Source: Octopus vulgaris (Eukaryota). Taken from it: a stretch of 64,000 nucleotides of DNA. A model generated the notes under the pieces. The model saw only the letters and a program-made list of their open reading frames with translations, was not told the DNA's origin and did not search any database. Location of the stretch: assembly GCA_951406725.2 (NCBI GenBank), contig OX597814.1:121892001-121956000 (forward strand). The letters are read 5' to 3'. A program made the position numbers and the translations under genes. Of the stretch, positions 59,383-64,000 are shown one piece after another (within the stretch, counting starts at the first letter, position 1; each line of letters begins with the position of its first letter).

Positions 59383-59541
59383 ATCATTGTCGGCTGGTTC
59401 GTTAACTTTACACATAAGTAGTTGTATGTTTTGTCCATGTTTATAAATATGAAGCCATGCACAAACAAGTGGAAAGATGTTTGTAAATATTTGCAGAAAT
59501 ACTTAACAGCAATCTGTCTATAGTTAAATAAATGCTCGAGT

Positions 59542-59636
<95 letters not shown>

Positions 59637-59730
59637 AATCCAAACATGAAAACACAAAGAGAAAAAACAACAACGCGAGGACGTGGAACAAGTGTTATTG
59701 GACGCTCGGGAAAGGAAAGAAAGATGGAGG

Positions 59731-59765
59731 ATTTAACGTATCGAGCGGAGCTCTTCGTCAGAAAC
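59731..59765 (-). ncRNA. Mutated minimal hammerhead in a ~200-bp insert (59632-59833)
   Basis: GUUU CUGACGA A GAGC UCC GCUC GAUACGUU AAAU; same family as 57278-57312, with GAAA changed to GAUA. Confidence 0.62.
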
Positions 59766-59851
59766 ATAGAAAAAGAAGGAAGGGAAGACGGAGGAAAATA
59801 AATCGGCAACGGTACACACGCTGTCACATTTTGAATATATATATATGTATG

Positions 59852-59932
<81 letters not shown>

Positions 59933-60279
59933 ATGCATTCATGTATGTGTATATGTATATCTACATAACTCACCCTTTTATTAATATGTATGGGTACAAT
60001 TATGTGCTTTGTCTGCAGTATTAGAGCGTTTAACTCTTATATCTAGCAATGTAGGTGTTTGTAACAGCCTCAATCTTATTTAATGACGTTTATAGTTTTC
60101 CCTTTTGGTACACTTTGCTTACCGCTTCACACTGATTTTATCGACTCCAAAATGATGACAGGCAACGTCAGGCAGAATTTGATCTAAAATCCAGAAGCTG
60201 AAAGAAATGCCTTACACCATTTTGTCCGGCGCTCCAACCATCCTACAAGCTTGCAACCTTTTCCCGTGACATAATATTG

Positions 60280-60495
60280 ATTTCAAACTTTGCCACAAGT
60301 TCCAGCAATTTCGGTGGATGTGGCCTGTCCTTTACATCGTGCCTACTGTTCATCTTGTACTTATTTCATCGACCCCGAAAGGATGAAATGCAAAAGTCGA
60401 CCTCGGTGGAATTTGAACTCAGAACGTAAAAGCGGACGAAATGCTGCTAAGGATTTTGTCGGGCATGCTAACGATTCTGCCAGCTCACCACCTTT
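60280..60495 (-). mobile_element. SINE family B (older copy adjacent at ~60135-60260)
   Basis: Reverse complement of the family B head and core. Confidence 0.85.
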
Positions 60496-60552
60496 TTCCG
60501 TTACAAAATATTAAACGTTAATTTACTTGAACTATCAAATGACGCTTTTGAG

Positions 60553-60795
60553 GATGATGATGATGATGAGGAGGAGGATGATGATGATGATGACGACGAT
60601 GGATGATGAAGATGATGATTATGATGATGAATATGACGACGACGGCGACGAGGACGACGACGACAACGACGACGACGACGATGATGATGATGATTGTGAT
60701 GGTAATGATGATGATGGTGATGATGTTTAGACACAAATGAACCGGGATTGAGTAAACCTTTTGATCAAAGGTATTCTTTCTCTCTCTCTCTCTCA

Positions 60796-60880
<85 letters not shown>
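60553..60880. repeat. (GAT/GAC)n and (CT)n microsatellites
   Basis: Read directly. Confidence 0.95.
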
Positions 60881-60884
<4 letters not shown>

Positions 60885-62359
60885 TGTATGTGTGTGTAGG
60901 CAGTAACTACGACTGCTTTTTTTCTTTGAAATGGGTTAGGAATTGCAAGAAGCGCATCAACAATTCAAAATGTATCTCTGTACCGGAATACATTTGGCAG
61001 GAACTATAACGGTTCAACCAATTCCACAGCCCTTTATAGTAACGGTATCAACTATATATGAGACTACATATAGAAACAAAATGGCAGTCATTCGCAAGCG
61101 TGTGTAATTTCATATTATGCGCCATATTTCTGCTTATTAAGTGTCTCTATAATCGCCAGCATAGATTGGCAGCCACACGGTTCTTCATTTTCACCTGAAT
61201 AAAGTAAAAGAATTTGAAATGAAGATTCAAAATTTAAAAAAAAAAAGCAATTATAATGAATGTTTTCATTGTGTGCATGACTTAAATGGCTATAATAACA
61301 TATCCCTTGGGTTATTAGTTTTCCTGATTCAAAACACGGCGCCAGGACAGGTAAAATCTTTAAAAGTTAAGCAATCTCTAGAAACTAAAAGCGTCTCGTA
61401 GTTTCTTTAAAATGCTAATTATTACCGTAAATTAGTGAATTAATGCATCAGTATATACGTGTGTGTGTATGTGTGTGTATGTGTTTGTGGTGTATGAGTG
61501 TGTTATTTCACAAACAGTGTAGAGAGAAATTATAATTATTGCTTTTTTAAATTATGAACGGATCTTGCATGTGATTTGACCGAGATTCTAGCCAGATTCC
61601 GCTTGACAAAAATCGTAACATTAACATGATATAATAACAAAATAAAAGCTAGTACCCGACCTCGTCACATTGAGTTCTTTTTGTTATTGTGGCCTACTAC
61701 GATTGTTTGAATGTCATCTTTCTGTGTATATTAGCTTATACGTAATAAATCTAGCATGACACTAGCAACACCATAGTTCAGATGTTTAATTCATAGAAAT
61801 ATTGGGTAGAATGGATATATTTATCTATTAGCAAACGGTTCTTTTCTAATACCTAATAACTATCAATAAATTAGTTAATAATGTTAGGGATACATGTTAA
61901 TAAATATATGTTATTTTAGCGAAGCTTAAAGCAAGAGTACAAAATTGGAAACATCGTGTACTGAGCTACAAAAGCAACAGATATATTACAGATATTTGAA
62001 TTTCGAAAGAAAATCTTTACAAGTTTTTGTTGGAAAACATAATTAGATTTGTTTATGTATATGTATATTTGATGACTTAATTATCGCTTATTAGTTTCAG
62101 GTCCCTTTGCTGGAAGTCAATATATATTGAGAATATTAATAGTATTTCAACAAGTTAATTTTCTTAAGTGCATTCGATTTCATCAAAGTCCTTTCTTCGT
62201 TCATTCATTTCAACCACTAACCAACTGGACCACTTTAATATTACCACGAACCACATTTCATTTCGTAATTAGCTCGGTTTTTCTTCCACTACCTGTTATT
62301 TTCCTCCTACTGCTGCTGTTTATTCTAAATATACATAGATGAATACACACACAACACAC

Positions 62360-62429
<70 letters not shown>

Positions 62430-63040
62430 TCATGTTCGATTCATATATTACATATTAGATGTTAAACATGATGTTTACATATCGGACGTGATATGAACAT
62501 AATACGCATAAATACATTCGCTTCTCACATTCTGCTCCACTCCCGATTCTCTATTCATATATATCTATTTGGCAATCACATCCTACCAACAACACCGCAC
62601 TTCACCATACAACCTGTATCTAATAATTTAGATGTTGGCACCATATAATTCTGCTTGGTTCAGCAGACCTTCATTGATCATTCCATTAGATGCAATAATG
62701 TTGTGTTATAATGGACTGGCAGAGCAGAAATACTTGTCGGAGAATTGGCAAAATTGATTCCATCTTCACACATTTATATATTTCATATTTCATATCTTTA
62801 TATATTTATCTGCATACACATCTCTCTTACTGCTTCTCCTTATCACTCTTTGTGTGTGTGTGTAAACATGTATTAACATCATATTGTATAAAATATATGT
62901 ATTAAAACACATATGCATAAATGCATAAATACATGCACGCATGCACATGTGAAGACATATCTGGGTGTATATGTGTGTATATTTATACCATTATCAAAGA
63001 TAGTAATGAAAGATAGCGAAGAAAGGAGCATCTTTAACAG

Positions 63041-63073
<33 letters not shown>

Positions 63074-63245
63074 GCATGTATGTATATAAAGATATATATA
63101 CATATATATATATGTATATAAATATATATATACATATACACACACACATATATATATGTATATGTATATATATGTATATATAAATATATAAATATATATA
63201 TATGTTTATATATTGATATATTGATAGATAGATATAGATATATAT

Positions 63246-63311
<66 letters not shown>

Positions 63312-64000
63312 GTATATATATCAGAAAGAGATAGAGAGAGCGCGCGAGAGTTTCTCATGATAGCTACTAAAATACATAATAAGATAGGTGTACATGAGAA
63401 GATTAAGGACGTGTGTGTGTGTGAGACTGGGTCTGTGTCCTCATTGTATAGTACATCAGCAATTCGCCCATACTTTTTACTTCTACCATATAAACATTCC
63501 CAGTGTAGCTCTAATTAGTTCTGAATTTCTCGGTGAATATTTTCAGCGGGGAAAAATAAAATATATATATTTCGATTTTGCAGTTTTGTGTTTGATTGTA
63601 TTGTGAAGCACATCGGACACCTATATGTAAACCCACTCACATGGGCATACTGTGAATGTGTGAGTATATGTGTATATGTGTATATGTGTGTGCGTTTTGG
63701 GGGAAACTCTTGGAAGAACCAATCTAGATATGATTTTACGACTGACAGAACTTCTCAATTCAATTCATTTCATTTGCTTTGAAAATTTCTGTCGCACATC
63801 TGCGACCTCGTGTATGGCACGACCCACCGTATACAGATATCTGTATGTGTATGAGTGTGTGTGTGTGTGTGTGTACGTGTGTGTGCGCGCGTGTACACAC
63901 GCATACACACGGATACATATACATATGGATACATGGATAGATATGTGTGCACAAACGTACACTTGCATAGATGTGTATACATTCATGTATTGCAAATGCT

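Overview
AT-rich, microsatellite-saturated animal DNA with no recognisable host protein-coding exon; almost every ORF in the track is a translated simple repeat. The SINE families point to an Octopus genome (inferred from recalled family sequences, not a search). Recognisable content: several tRNA-derived SINE families, including a TSD-flanked four-unit tandem SINE; R4/Dong-type RLE non-LTR retrotransposon pieces and a non-coding element, all in (TAA)n arrays; a maT (DD37D) transposase relic; a CR1/L2-group LINE 3' end; two Helitron 3' ends; a MITE; and a decayed Penelope-like element (RT plus GIY-YIG). The most notable signal is a self-cleaving-RNA retroelement set: an intact-looking extended type I hammerhead ribozyme inside a 360-nt partial-tandem, retrozyme-like unit (5713-6179), three more minimal or decayed hammerheads in short inserts beside microsatellites, and four unrelated fold-back hairpin-plus-tail inserts in (TA)n, two with hammerhead half-cores.
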